Source: Patescibacteria group bacterium
GTDB lineage: Bacteria; Patescibacteriota; Microgenomatia; Levybacterales; UBA12049
Direction: 5' to 3'
Assembly (NCBI GenBank): GCA_038062115.1
Contig: JBBTXS010000009.1
Span: forward strand, 91,681-155,680
Length of the DNA stretch: 64,000 nucleotides
The translations under genes and the position numbers were made by a program. Positions within the stretch are counted from its first letter, which is position 1. The number at the start of each line of letters is the position of its first letter. Below are positions 28,124 to 36,831 of this stretch, piece after piece. Below the pieces are notes generated by a model, which did no database searches, was not told the DNA's origin, and saw only the letters and a program-made list of their open reading frames with translations.

Positions 28124-28423
28124 TTATTTCCCTCCTATATCAAATATCGAAATTTTTTGTCCAGTAGCAACTTTTGCAACAGCTTTCTTCCAAGGACTTT
28201 GCGAAATCTCAGTTCTTTTCTTTCCAGCCTTTATCTTTTTGCCTTTTACAATCGCAGTTTTAATATCCAAAACATTCACTTTAAATTTATCCTCAATTGC
28301 CTTCTTAATAATTTTTTTGTTAGACTGTATCGCAACTTTAAAAGTAAATTTATTAGAACTTGCGTCTTTCATTGACTTCTCGCTTATTATTGGCGCTAAA
28401 ATAATATCTTGATGAATAGTCAT
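28124..28423 (-). CDS. rplW: 50S ribosomal protein L23
   Basis: ILAPIISEKSM......FTFKV....K..IK.AIE..F.V.V. Position between rplD and rplB. Confidence 0.93.
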   Translation of the reverse strand: MTIHQDIILAPIISEKSMKDASSNKFTFKVAIQSNKKIIKKAIEDKFKVNVLDIKTAIVKGKKIKAGKKRTEISQSPWKKAVAKVATGQKISIFDIGGK

Positions 28424-28424
28424 A

Positions 28425-29144
28425 TTAAATATTCTCCATCTTTAAAAACGTCTCTTTCATTACATCTATTGAGGGTTTCATCAAAAGTATTAGCTTGTTA
28501 TCTAAAACTTCGTAAACGTTAAGAATATCTGCGTTTACAATATTTACTCCCTTAATGTTTCTCGAAGCTCTATAAACATTCTCAAATTCTTTTTTAGTTG
28601 AGGGCGTTACCAATAACACTTTCTTATCCTTATCCCTTATGCCCAAGTTTTTCATTGCCGAAACCATCAATTTAGTTTTTGGTTCTATTTTCTCAAAACC
28701 AGTTAAACCTTTTAATTGACCTTTCTTGAATTTGGAAGTTAGAGCAGAAAAAAGAGCCAATCTTTTCATTTTTTTAGAAAGTTTTAAGGAAAAATCTCTT
28801 GGTTTTGGACCAAAAACAATACCTCCACCAACAAAAATTGGAGCTTTTCTAGATCCATGCCTTGCGCGCCCTGTATGTTTTTGTGCCCAAATTTTTTTAG
28901 TCGAGCCACTAACTTCTCCCCTTGTTTTTGTAGAGGCAGTTCCCATTCTCTGATTTGCCAAATAAACCCTAACAGATTGAGCCATAAGTTGATTGTTAAC
29001 TTTTGCTCCAAAAATTTCTTTTGGTAATTCGATCTTCTCTGCAGCTTTACCTTGTATGTCAAAGCAATCAATAGTTAATCCGCTCGCTCTCTTAATCTTT
29101 GTTCGTAATTTTTGAGATTTGAGATTTGAGATTTTATTTACCAT
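28425..29144 (-). CDS. rplD: 50S ribosomal protein L4 (repeat-encoded N-terminal extension)
   Basis: GSTKKIWAQKHTGRARHGSRKAPIFVGGGIVFGP. The first ~20 aa (MVNKISNLKSQKLRTK) are encoded by the GAGATTTG octamer repeat. Confidence 0.93.
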   Translation of the reverse strand: MVNKISNLKSQKLRTKIKRASGLTIDCFDIQGKAAEKIELPKEIFGAKVNNQLMAQSVRVYLANQRMGTASTKTRGEVSGSTKKIWAQKHTGRARHGSRKAPIFVGGGIVFGPKPRDFSLKLSKKMKRLALFSALTSKFKKGQLKGLTGFEKIEPKTKLMVSAMKNLGIRDKDKKVLLVTPSTKKEFENVYRASRNIKGVNIVNADILNVYEVLDNKLILLMKPSIDVMKETFLKMENI

Positions 29145-29814
29145 TTATATCCTCCTTGTACAATGGTATAAACTTCTTGTCTTCTCCTACCTTTTTAATC
29201 ATTACTAAACTATTTACACTTCCTGGCACTAAGCCTTTAATAGATATTTGATCTTGTCCAACATCAACAATCCTTAAGTTCTTAATTGTTACGCGAGTAT
29301 GTCCCATTCGCCCTGCCATTCTTTTTCCTTTATAAACTCTTCCTGGTGTTGTTGTTTGCCCAATAGATCCTGGGGCTCTTTCTCTATCGGATTGGCCGTG
29401 CGTCCTTGGTCCTCCTTTAAAATGATGTCTTTTTACAACGCCTGCATATCCTTTACCTTTTGAAATACCTATAACATCAACAATGTCTCCTGGTTTAAAA
29501 ACTTCTGTTGCGATAATTTTAGTTCTGAGGGGTAGGGTCGAGGCGCCGTCGGAATCGGCTAATCGGACTTCTCTTAAAAATTGAGGTGCAGTTTGTAAAT
29601 TTGCCTTTTTCATAATCCCCTGCAATGCCCGCTTGGGATTTTTTTTAATTCCGAATCCAATTTGGATCGCAGAATATCCATTTCTATCTTTTGTTTTAAT
29701 CCCAATAATAACATTGTCTCCTATCACTAATTTTGTGACAGGGATGCGAGTCCCGTTTTCCAAAAATCTCTGTGACTGCTCAATTTTCTTTCCCAACATT
29801 GCTCGTATGCTCAT
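29134..29814 (-). CDS. rplC: 50S ribosomal protein L3
   Basis: MLGKKIEQSQRF..NGTRIPVTKL...KGKGYAGVVKRHHFKGGPRTHGQS. The start could be 29814 or the Met at 29799. Confidence 0.95.
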   Translation of the reverse strand: MSIRAMLGKKIEQSQRFLENGTRIPVTKLVIGDNVIIGIKTKDRNGYSAIQIGFGIKKNPKRALQGIMKKANLQTAPQFLREVRLADSDGASTLPLRTKIIATEVFKPGDIVDVIGISKGKGYAGVVKRHHFKGGPRTHGQSDRERAPGSIGQTTTPGRVYKGKRMAGRMGHTRVTIKNLRIVDVGQDQISIKGLVPGSVNSLVMIKKVGEDKKFIPLYKEDINGK

Positions 29815-29825
29815 AAAAACAAAAA

Positions 29826-29845
29826 AGCGACCACATAGAGTCGCT
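29826..29845 (-). promoter_or_regulatory. Terminator-like hairpin + U-tract directly upstream of rplC start (possible attenuator)
   Basis: Minus-strand RNA is AGGAGCGACucuauguGGUCGCUUUUUUGUUUUUAUG(rplC). 6-bp GC-rich stem, 8-nt loop, and a 12-nt U-rich tract that ends at the ATG. Confidence 0.4.
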
Positions 29846-29969
29846 CCTAATTAGGGCCAATCTTCCCTAAAACTACCTACTATGTAGACAAATACACCTC
29901 CAATCGGTTAATCATGATTTAAGGTAGAGTTAATTATATAACGCCAAAAGAGGAAATGCAATACGTCCA

Positions 29970-30278
29970 CTACATCTTTATTTCTATATCAATACCCGCT
30001 GGTAATTCCAAATGTGTTAGGCTGTCTATAGTTTTATCAGTGGGCGAAATAATATCGATTAATCTTTTATGAACCCTTATTTGGAAATGGTCTCTTGCAT
30101 CTTTATCTATAAATGGAGACCTATTTACTGCGTAGACGCTTCTTTGAGTAGGAAGAGGAATAGGGCCAACAACTTTTGCTCCAGTTCGTATTGCAGTATC
30201 TAAGATTTGTTGACAACAGGAATCTATAACTCGTGCATCATAACTTTTTAAACGTACTCTAATTCTACCTTTTGGCAT
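29970..30278 (-). CDS. rpsJ: 30S ribosomal protein S10
   Basis: IRVRLKSYD..VIDSCCQQI...GPIPLPT...RSPFIDKDARDHFQIRVHKRLIDI. Confidence 0.97.
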   Translation of the reverse strand: MPKGRIRVRLKSYDARVIDSCCQQILDTAIRTGAKVVGPIPLPTQRSVYAVNRSPFIDKDARDHFQIRVHKRLIDIISPTDKTIDSLTHLELPAGIDIEIKM

Positions 30279-30298
30279 TTTTAAATGTGCTTAGATTA

Positions 30299-31486
30299 CT
30301 ATGCTATTATTTTAGAGATCACTCCAGCCCCAACCGTCTTTCCACCTTCTCTTATTGCAAACCTAAGACCTTCCTCAAGAGCAACTGGAACAATAAGTTT
30401 AACTGACATCTTTGTATTGTCTCCTGGCATAACCATTTCAACGCCCTTTGGAAGCGTAACCTCTGCTGTCACATCTGTTGTTCTAATATAGAACTGGGGT
30501 CTGTAACCAGTAAAGAATGGCGTATGACGTCCACCTTCCTCTTTAGCAAGAACGTAAGCCTCTGCCTCAAACTCTTTGTGTGGAGTAATACTACCGGGTT
30601 TTGCAACAACTTGTCCTCTTTCTACATCGTCTTTTTCTATTCCGCGAACCAAAAGTCCAACATTGTCTCCTGCCTGTCCTTCATCGAGTTGTTTTTTGAA
30701 CATCTCAACTCCAGTTACTACCGATGCTTTTGTTTCTCTAATTCCAACAATCTCAATTGAATCGTTAACTTTTATCTTACCTCTTTCTATTCTTCCAGTA
30801 ACAACTGTTCCTCGACCTTTTATAGAAAATACGTCTTCTATGGGCATTAGAAATGGCTTATCGATATCTCGCTTGGGAATTGGAATATATTTATCAACTG
30901 CATCCATTAATGCCATAATTTGCTTTTCGCCTTCAGGATCGCCCTCAAGAGCTTTAAGAGCCGAACCTCTTACTATTGGTATTTCGCTTCCCGGGTATTG
31001 ATATTTTGTAAGAAGTTCTTTAACTTCCATCTCAACCAAATCTAATAATTCTTGATCTTGAACCATATCCACTTTATTAAGAAATACTACAATTGCTGGA
31101 ACTCCAACTTGACGAGCCAATAAAATGTGTTCTCGAGTTTGAGGCATTGGACCATCTGGAGCAGAAACTACCAATATTGCACCATCCATTTGCGCAGCAC
31201 CTGTAATCATATTTTTTATATAATCTGCGTGTCCGGGAGCATCAATATGGGCATAATGTCTTTTTGCTGTTTCGTATTCAATGTGGGAAATATTTATTGT
31301 AACTCCTCTTGCTCTTTCTTCTGGAGCGTTATCTATATCTTCGTACTTTTTAGCCTCTGCCATTCCTTTTTTGGATAAAACAGTAGCAATTGCAGCTGTT
31401 AAGGTTGTCTTGCCATGATCAACATGGCCAATAGTGCCAATATTTATATGAGGTTTTGTTCTTTGGTATTTCTTTGTCTCTGCCAT
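30299..31486 (-). CDS. tuf: Elongation factor Tu
   Basis: [21 protein letters not shown] and NKVD motifs. 395 aa. Confidence 0.99.
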   Translation of the reverse strand: MAETKKYQRTKPHINIGTIGHVDHGKTTLTAAIATVLSKKGMAEAKKYEDIDNAPEERARGVTINISHIEYETAKRHYAHIDAPGHADYIKNMITGAAQMDGAILVVSAPDGPMPQTREHILLARQVGVPAIVVFLNKVDMVQDQELLDLVEMEVKELLTKYQYPGSEIPIVRGSALKALEGDPEGEKQIMALMDAVDKYIPIPKRDIDKPFLMPIEDVFSIKGRGTVVTGRIERGKIKVNDSIEIVGIRETKASVVTGVEMFKKQLDEGQAGDNVGLLVRGIEKDDVERGQVVAKPGSITPHKEFEAEAYVLAKEEGGRHTPFFTGYRPQFYIRTTDVTAEVTLPKGVEMVMPGDNTKMSVKLIVPVALEEGLRFAIREGGKTVGAGVISKIIA

Positions 31487-31527
31487 TTAATATAAAATAA
31501 GTCCTTAATTTTCTTAAGGACAAATGT

Positions 31528-31556
31528 ACTATACAATATTTTTTTTACCCCGTCAA
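31528..31556 (-). promoter_or_regulatory. Candidate sigma70-like promoter for tuf/S10 cluster
   Basis: On the minus strand: TTGACG (rc of 31551-31556), 17 nt, then TATAGT (rc of 31528-31533). It is followed by the 5'-UTR hairpin GTCCTTAA-gaaaa-TTAAGGAC (31501-31521) and a U-rich run up to the ATG. Confidence 0.45.
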
Positions 31557-31611
31557 TAGTCAAAATAAATTTGTGTCAGTAACGGTGACCTGTTACAATT
31601 TGTAATATTCC

Positions 31612-31640
31612 TTAAATTACTCTCTTATTTGTGCTATAAT
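31612..31640 (+). promoter_or_regulatory. Candidate promoter giving a near-leaderless transcript for the 31648 ORF
   Basis: TTAAAT (31612-31617), 17 nt, then TGcTATAAT (hexamer 31635-31640). The ATG at 31648 is only 7 nt after the -10, and there is no SD. Confidence 0.4.
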
Positions 31641-31647
31641 GTAAAGT

Positions 31648-32100
31648 ATGCATAAAGCTTTTTATGCAAGCGGATTACTCTATCATTTAAAAACACAACA
31701 GATTCTCTTGCATCAACAAAATAAAAAAAATAATGTACTTTCTACATGGTCTATGATGCGTGGACAGGGTCAGAAAAAAGAGGATGCTCAAAAAACCTTC
31801 CAGAGAATTATATACAAGCTCTTAAGAGTAAAAGTTAATCCAAAACACATTCATCCTGTTTACGATTACTTCCACGAGACTCTTCAGGCAACACATTATG
31901 TGCTTTATGCCGAAGTAGGTAGTATAAAAAATTTCCATTCCTCAAAAAAAGGAACTTTATCCTGGTTTACTTTTAAACAAGCAACAAAACTTCCTTTTCG
32001 TGATCAAACAAGACAAGATCTTGTGGTTTCAGAGCGAGTAATTAAAGCTCAAGCAAGGAGCAAGGAGTCAGAACATAATCTATACAACGTCCAACCATAG
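31648..32100 (+). CDS. Hypothetical protein, possibly a degenerate NUDIX-fold protein
   Basis: ASGLLYH...ILLHQQ...W.MMRGQGQKKEDAQKTFQRIIYKLL loosely follows G-x5-E-x7-RE-x2-EE, but the catalytic RE/EE positions are replaced. Confidence 0.35.
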   Translation: MHKAFYASGLLYHLKTQQILLHQQNKKNNVLSTWSMMRGQGQKKEDAQKTFQRIIYKLLRVKVNPKHIHPVYDYFHETLQATHYVLYAEVGSIKNFHSSKKGTLSWFTFKQATKLPFRDQTRQDLVVSERVIKAQARSKESEHNLYNVQP

Positions 32101-32253
32101 GTCTATTGCTCCCCCTGAAGGACTTATTCATTAACAAGGGAATTGAGTTTGATTATAGCCTAGAAGAACTAAAAATTCTATATTCTAATTTCCAGTTGCC
32201 TATTTAGTTTTCTTATTCTTATTTATTGCTAATCCCAAAACATCTGCATAGTC

Positions 32254-32655
32254 TTATTTTAAGAGATTTTCAAGATTCTTAATCGTAGCTGGTGGTATTA
32301 CTCGTAAAATGTCTTGCGGTATTTCAGAAAAAGATTTTATCCAGTGATAGTCAGGCTTATCTTCAATGATTTCAAATAGCCTTTTATTACCAGTTGAATA
32401 GATTGAGTAATGATTAGCGTTAACTACATAGGGATAATCTTTTAAGTCTCTTCTAAAAATGTCCATGCCTGCAATAGCAATGCTTGCACCAGAATAATTG
32501 CTTATTTGACTAAAAGATGCACTACCTGCAACAAACTCAAACATTGGAGGCAAGGTTACTTCTGGAATGGGAGAATGGTCAAAAGGCTTTATCTCCCAAT
32601 CTTGATTTGCTAAGAAACCTTTTAGGTTTTCTATTGATGTTATCTTGCGTTTCAT
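32254..32655 (-). CDS. Hypothetical protein
   Basis: 133-aa ORF in an intergenic-looking context. No family recognised. Confidence 0.4.
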   Translation of the reverse strand: MKRKITSIENLKGFLANQDWEIKPFDHSPIPEVTLPPMFEFVAGSASFSQISNYSGASIAIAGMDIFRRDLKDYPYVVNANHYSIYSTGNKRLFEIIEDKPDYHWIKSFSEIPQDILRVIPPATIKNLENLLK

Positions 32656-32721
32656 AAACTCTGTTTAAGAAAACTTGCCATTTAAAAAAACGCCTTCTTT
32701 GATTATTTATGGGTAAGGCTA

Positions 32722-32919
32722 TTAAGCGAGTTTTACGTTTTTTGCTCTTGGGCCTCTTTCGCTTTCTACAATATCAAAAGTAACCGCTGCTCCTTCTTGA
32801 AGAGCATCAAAAGTAACACCGACCAAATCTGTAGAATGGAAAAAAAGATCTTTTGTTTCTCCAACGCGTGAAATAAACCCAAATCCTTTTTCTGTTTTTG
32901 TTTTAATTGTTCCGGTCAT
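32722..32919 (-). CDS. cspA: Cold-shock domain protein
   Basis: MTGTIKTKTEKGFGFISR...DLFFHSTDL (RNP1/RNP2-like). AGGAGG lies 9 nt upstream of the ATG at 32919. The ORF-track N-terminal extension is discarded. Confidence 0.9.
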   Translation of the reverse strand: MTGTIKTKTEKGFGFISRVGETKDLFFHSTDLVGVTFDALQEGAAVTFDIVESERGPRAKNVKLA

Positions 32920-33012
32920 GGTATGTTGTACCTCCTTTCGTTTTCTTATTATACTATCTGAGAGGATAATTTGTAAGTACATGCAATATTGGAAGATGTG
33001 TTATAATCCATT

Positions 33013-33456
33013 ATGGCTTTTAATAGAGATAATAGATCGCGTGGCGGGCGCGACTTTGGCAGAGAAAGGCAAATGTTTAAGGCAACCTGCAGCAACTGCG
33101 GCAAAGAATGTGAAGTTCCCTTTAAACCCACAGGAAGCAAACCTGTTTATTGCAGAGACTGTTTTAGAACCATGGGAGGAAGCTCATTTTCAAGGCGGGA
33201 CGATAGAGGCTCATCAAGGCCAAATTTTGACAATAGCAACAGGGGATCGTCCTATCCTCAATATAAAGAACAATTTGAAACGCTTAATGTCAAGCTTGAT
33301 AAAATCTTAAAATTATTAAATCCGGAAAAGCCAGTGGAAGCACCAAAAGTAGTTACAGAGCCTAAAGCTGAGAAAGTATCGAAAACTGTAGAAAAGGAAA
33401 AGCCAGCAAAAAAGAAAACAAAACCCAAAAAGCAAGTAACTACAGAAACGGTTTAA
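33013..33456 (+). CDS. Zinc-ribbon protein with RGG-like N-terminus and Lys-rich disordered tail
   Basis: CSNCGKECEVPFKPTGSKPVYCRDCF (CxxC-x17-CxxC), flanked by RSRGGRDFGRER and KKKTKPKK low-complexity segments. Confidence 0.7.
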   Translation: MAFNRDNRSRGGRDFGRERQMFKATCSNCGKECEVPFKPTGSKPVYCRDCFRTMGGSSFSRRDDRGSSRPNFDNSNRGSSYPQYKEQFETLNVKLDKILKLLNPEKPVEAPKVVTEPKAEKVSKTVEKEKPAKKKTKPKKQVTTETV

Positions 33457-33555
33457 AATAATTGTTCCACCTAATGGGAAATACCATAACTTAATTTGCT
33501 TCAACTCGATTGATGGCTGTAGTGTATGCTAACGTTTATAAGGAGGTGATAAAAA

Positions 33556-33795
33556 ATGAAAACAATGACATGCCAACAACTCGCTGGAGCTTGCGGTATG
33601 CAGTTTCATGCTGATACTTGGGAAAAAATGGCGCAGTTGAGCAAACAACACGGTACGGAAATGTTTAATAAGGGCGATAAGCCACATCTTGATGCCATGG
33701 AAAAAATGAAAGAGCTTATGAATAAACCTGAGGAAATGAAAGAATGGTTTGATAAAAAGCAAAAAGAATTTGACGCTTTACGTGAAGATAAGTAA
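33556..33795 (+). CDS. DUF1059-like small protein
   Basis: MKTMTCQQLAGACGMQFHADTWEKM...HG. Strong SD AAGGAGGTGA 7 nt upstream. Confidence 0.65.
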   Translation: MKTMTCQQLAGACGMQFHADTWEKMAQLSKQHGTEMFNKGDKPHLDAMEKMKELMNKPEEMKEWFDKKQKEFDALREDK

Positions 33796-33806
33796 TGTTA
33801 ACTTTG

Positions 33807-33878
33807 CTCCCCCGCGTGGATTCGAACCACGAACCACTCGCTTAACAGGCGAATGCTCTACCATTGAGCTACAGGGGA
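33807..33878 (-). tRNA. tRNA-Asn (GTT)
   Basis: The rc folds as acceptor TCCCCTG/CGGGGGA, D arm GCTC-AATGGTA-GAGC, anticodon arm TTCGC-CTGTTAA-GCGAG, and T arm CGTGG-TTCGAAT-CCACG, with discriminator G. CCA is not encoded (GCAA follows). Confidence 0.9.
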
Positions 33879-34197
33879 ATGTCTTCCAAGCACTAATTTT
33901 ATCATTAAACTATGCATAAATCCACCCCATAATTTTCCTATTAGTTGCAGAGTCGCTAAAGCGAATCGCAAATACCCGTATTGGTGTATGTTTTTTCTGA
34001 CCTTTTTACCTGACTTATCAATCCCTAAAGATACATACTCATCAACATCTATTATCCTCATAATCACCGGTAAAATAAGTGAAGGATTAGTTATTTTCTC
34101 TTATTCTTTTTATAGTTATCTTCATTTTAAATGGACTATATCAAAAAATTAAATCTTCTAATTGCTTTCTTCTTTAAAAATTTTCTATAATGATCTT

Positions 34198-34743
34198 ATG
34201 AATAAGTTTTTGATTCCTACAATAGTTATCGTTGTTATAGGGATCAGTGGCTTTTTTGTCTTCGGTAAGCCTAGTTCCGAACCTTCTATGCAAACCCCTG
34301 TTCTTTCCTCGCCAACATCAATTTCAACAGAAGCTACACAACCAGCGCAAGATGAAACGGTCAATTATCAAGCCGTATTCGCCATTTACACAAATAGTGT
34401 TTTTCGCGTATTTACTGCACCAATGTATCACAATTTATCTAAAGATGTGTATATTCAAGCAGATAATCCTAATATTGTGCTTGTTAAAAAATCAGGAGTT
34501 AGCTGGAATGATTTTTTCAATACACTCCCATTTAGTGTAACAAAAGACTGTCTAATTACCGGTACTAAAGAAACATTTTGTACCAATCCAACCAAAACCT
34601 TAAAATTTTATCTTAATCGAGTACGAAACGACAATCTGCTTAATCTTGAAATAAAACCAAACGATAAGGTGTTAATTACCTACGGCGACGAAAATGAAAC
34701 AGAAATTAACAAGCAAATAGAAAAACTGTCTTCAAGCTTTTAG
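34198..34743 (+). CDS. Membrane-anchored/secreted hypothetical protein
   Basis: MNKFLIPTIVIVVIGISGFFVF signal-anchor, then a Cys-containing soluble domain. Start moved to 34198. Confidence 0.6.
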   Translation: MNKFLIPTIVIVVIGISGFFVFGKPSSEPSMQTPVLSSPTSISTEATQPAQDETVNYQAVFAIYTNSVFRVFTAPMYHNLSKDVYIQADNPNIVLVKKSGVSWNDFFNTLPFSVTKDCLITGTKETFCTNPTKTLKFYLNRVRNDNLLNLEIKPNDKVLITYGDENETEINKQIEKLSSSF

Positions 34744-34746
34744 CAC

Positions 34747-35109
34747 CTACTTTTCTATTTGCGTAATCTTTGTGTGGGATCTTGTAACAGAGATGTGAGA
34801 AAATTCAGATTCCTCCGCGGCACCATGCCAGTGGTCTTCTCCGGCAGGAGTCCAGATAACGTCTCCTTCTTTGACTTCAAACTCTTGCTTCTCTGTTGCT
34901 ACAATACCGCGACCTTTAAGAACAATCAGCATTTGGTCATTTGAATGTTTATGGAATTTATTTCTTACGCCTTTGGGAAAATGCACGTAATCAATACTTA
35001 AATCGCTTCCCTCGTTATCCGTTACCGGCGACTGCCGGATAACTTCTCCTGTAAACAGGGGCTTGTGCAAATGCTGCTTTTTAGTGTCTTTAATATTGAT
35101 AATTTTCAT
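34747..35109 (-). CDS. Cupin-domain protein
   Basis: FHKHSNDQMLIVLKGRG...GDVIWTPAGEDHWHGA, the two cupin His motifs. Confidence 0.85.
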   Translation of the reverse strand: MKIINIKDTKKQHLHKPLFTGEVIRQSPVTDNEGSDLSIDYVHFPKGVRNKFHKHSNDQMLIVLKGRGIVATEKQEFEVKEGDVIWTPAGEDHWHGAAEESEFSHISVTRSHTKITQIEK

Positions 35110-35153
35110 TTGACTTTCTAATGTTAACACGTTTGGAACTCAGTTTCTAGTAG

Positions 35154-35405
35154 TTGCAATGTAGACTTAGAACGCATTTTTGTCAACAAAAGAAAAATTT
35201 ACATGCCTATCTTACCAAAGACCGCATAGTGCTTATGAGCTCTGACATGGTGGGACCAGAGGGATATGTCAAGGGAAACACCATTTTTCTATGTCTGGTT
35301 TGCAGCAGCAAAGAAGAAATTGAAACATTCTTTTCAAAACTTTCTGAGGGTGGACAAGTTACACACCCATTGAAAGAGGAATTCTCTGCAACATATAGTT
35401 CGTAG
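35154..35405 (+). pseudogene. Fragment of a PhnB/VOC-like (glyoxalase-fold) gene
   Basis: IVLMSSDMVGPEGYVKGNTIFLCLVCSSKEEIETFFSKLSEGGQVTHPLKEEF resembles the middle of PhnB-like proteins. N-terminal ~45 aa and C-terminal ~25 aa are missing. Confidence 0.45.
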
Positions 35406-35427
35406 TAATAAGATCAAACATAGTAGG

Positions 35428-35709
35428 TTATTTATGGAGATTATTGAAGTGCTTCTCAATATCTTTATCACTTTTTAATACAGTGTATTTTCCTTCCTTA
35501 AGATCTTGTAGACTTTTGCCAATCAGTTTTTCTGTTTCTTCATCAACCATGGGTAGATCTTCGACCTGCTCTTTTATATCAAAGACAGCAAGCATGCGGA
35601 CATACTCCGTAAAAGAAATGCCGAGTTTTTCTGCTTTTCTTTCAACCAGAGTATAGAGATTGGGAGAAAAGGTTATTAGTTTTTGCACTCTATCTTTTTG
35701 CAATTTCAT
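35428..35709 (-). CDS. Ribbon-helix-helix (CopG/ParD-like) protein, orphan antitoxin-like
   Basis: MKLQKDRVQKLITFSPNLYTLVERKAEKLGISFTEYVRML has the RHH pattern. There is no adjacent toxin ORF. Confidence 0.55.
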   Translation of the reverse strand: MKLQKDRVQKLITFSPNLYTLVERKAEKLGISFTEYVRMLAVFDIKEQVEDLPMVDEETEKLIGKSLQDLKEGKYTVLKSDKDIEKHFNNLHK

Positions 35710-35921
35710 AGTTTTTATATATATTTTGCTTATATTAAGCATATTTTACAGGGTAAAGCTGCCTTTGTCAAGCGTGTAAAATACTTTTCATCTGCTATGC
35801 TTGCGTTAACAAAGGAAAACCAGTCCAGCTAGCTAATATTCCCAAAAAGCCGTAAGATTTGGTTTTGAGGAAAAAAGAGAGGATGGGAGGTTATGTCGGA
35901 CGACAATAGAAATGTCACCCC

Positions 35922-36716
35922 CTAATAGTTCACTTTGTAGTATCGTCTCCATGGATGATTAAGAGACGGTTTCCAATTCAGTTTATGCGTTGTAAGAATT
36001 AATGGTTGTCTATTCATCTTCTTAGGCCTTTCTGGCAAAACTGTGTAATTGAGATATTTTTCTCTTAACGAGAAATGTATCGTTTCATCAAGCCATTCTT
36101 CAACAAGAACTTTGTCTTTTGCCCTAACAGTTGTCGGCTGAAGTTCCGTTAACTGATACCACTTGTTTTTAAACTGATACGAGTTTCGCAGTTCTAGTAG
36201 AATACCTATATGTCATTCCCGCGAAAGCGGGAATCTATACCAATAATTTATTTATATGGATTCCGTGTCAAGCACGGAATGACAAATGTGCGAAACTCGT
36301 GACTGAATAGTAAAGTCATTGTTTACTCGGCGTTTTGATTGCGCAGAAAAGATGCGGTGTATATTTTTTCTGTCAGTGTCTGAGAGTAATCTATGAATAT
36401 CGCCTTCTTTTGCGGGAATAACTGCAAATCTATTATTGAACTTTGGCAGAAAAACTTTTTCTAAAAACCTATTTCCCTCCTCAGGAGTATTTATGTTGGC
36501 AAGTCGCATTTCTTTCATCAGTCTATCCCGCAGGGTTTCAAACAATCGTTCTACTCTTCCTTTTGCTTCAGGGGAATGGGCAGTGATTAAAAGTATATCC
36601 AAATCTTTTGTTCCTCGTTTAAACTGCGTCATTAATTCATGATTATCTACGGCTGCTTTATAGTTAATCTTGTAAGTGGAATGGTATTTTATATTGGACG
36701 CATATAAAGAAGGCAA
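35922..36716 (-). pseudogene. Remnant of an rve/DDE-type transposase (C-terminal ~40%), interrupted by a MITE
   Basis: HSPEAKGRVERLFETLRDRLMKEMRL...FLPKFNNRFAV...DFTIQ | MITE | (Y)QFKNKWYQLTELQPTTVRAKDKVLVEEWLDETIHF...*. The N-terminal HTH and the first part of the catalytic core are absent. Confidence 0.75.
36179..36300. mobile_element. 122-bp MITE inserted in the transposase remnant
   Basis: 12-bp perfect TIR ACGAGTTTCGCA / TGCGAAACTCGT. Core is TGTCATTCCCGCGAAAGCGGGAAT...ATTCCGTGTCAAGCACGGAATGACA. Removing it rejoins the transposase reading frame. Confidence 0.85.
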
Positions 36717-36717
36717 T

Positions 36718-36831
36718 AAAGACCATACATTAATGGCAAAATATCTAAGGGATAAATTTAAAGTAAATCCCTGGTGGGCGCAGATTATTACAAATCGCTA
36801 CGAATGGAACCGCGGATTAAGAAATAAATAA
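36718..36831 (+). pseudogene. 3' fragment of a DUF4287-like gene
   Basis: KDHTLMAKYLRDKFKVNPWWAQIITNRYEWNRGLRNK* resembles the C-terminus of DUF4287 proteins. It begins exactly where the transposase remnant ends. Confidence 0.35.

Noticed and set aside
33858-34067. 69-aa minus-strand ORF.
   Set aside because: Its 3' end overlaps tRNA-Asn (33807-33878). It has no SD and no family resemblance, so it is most likely spurious.
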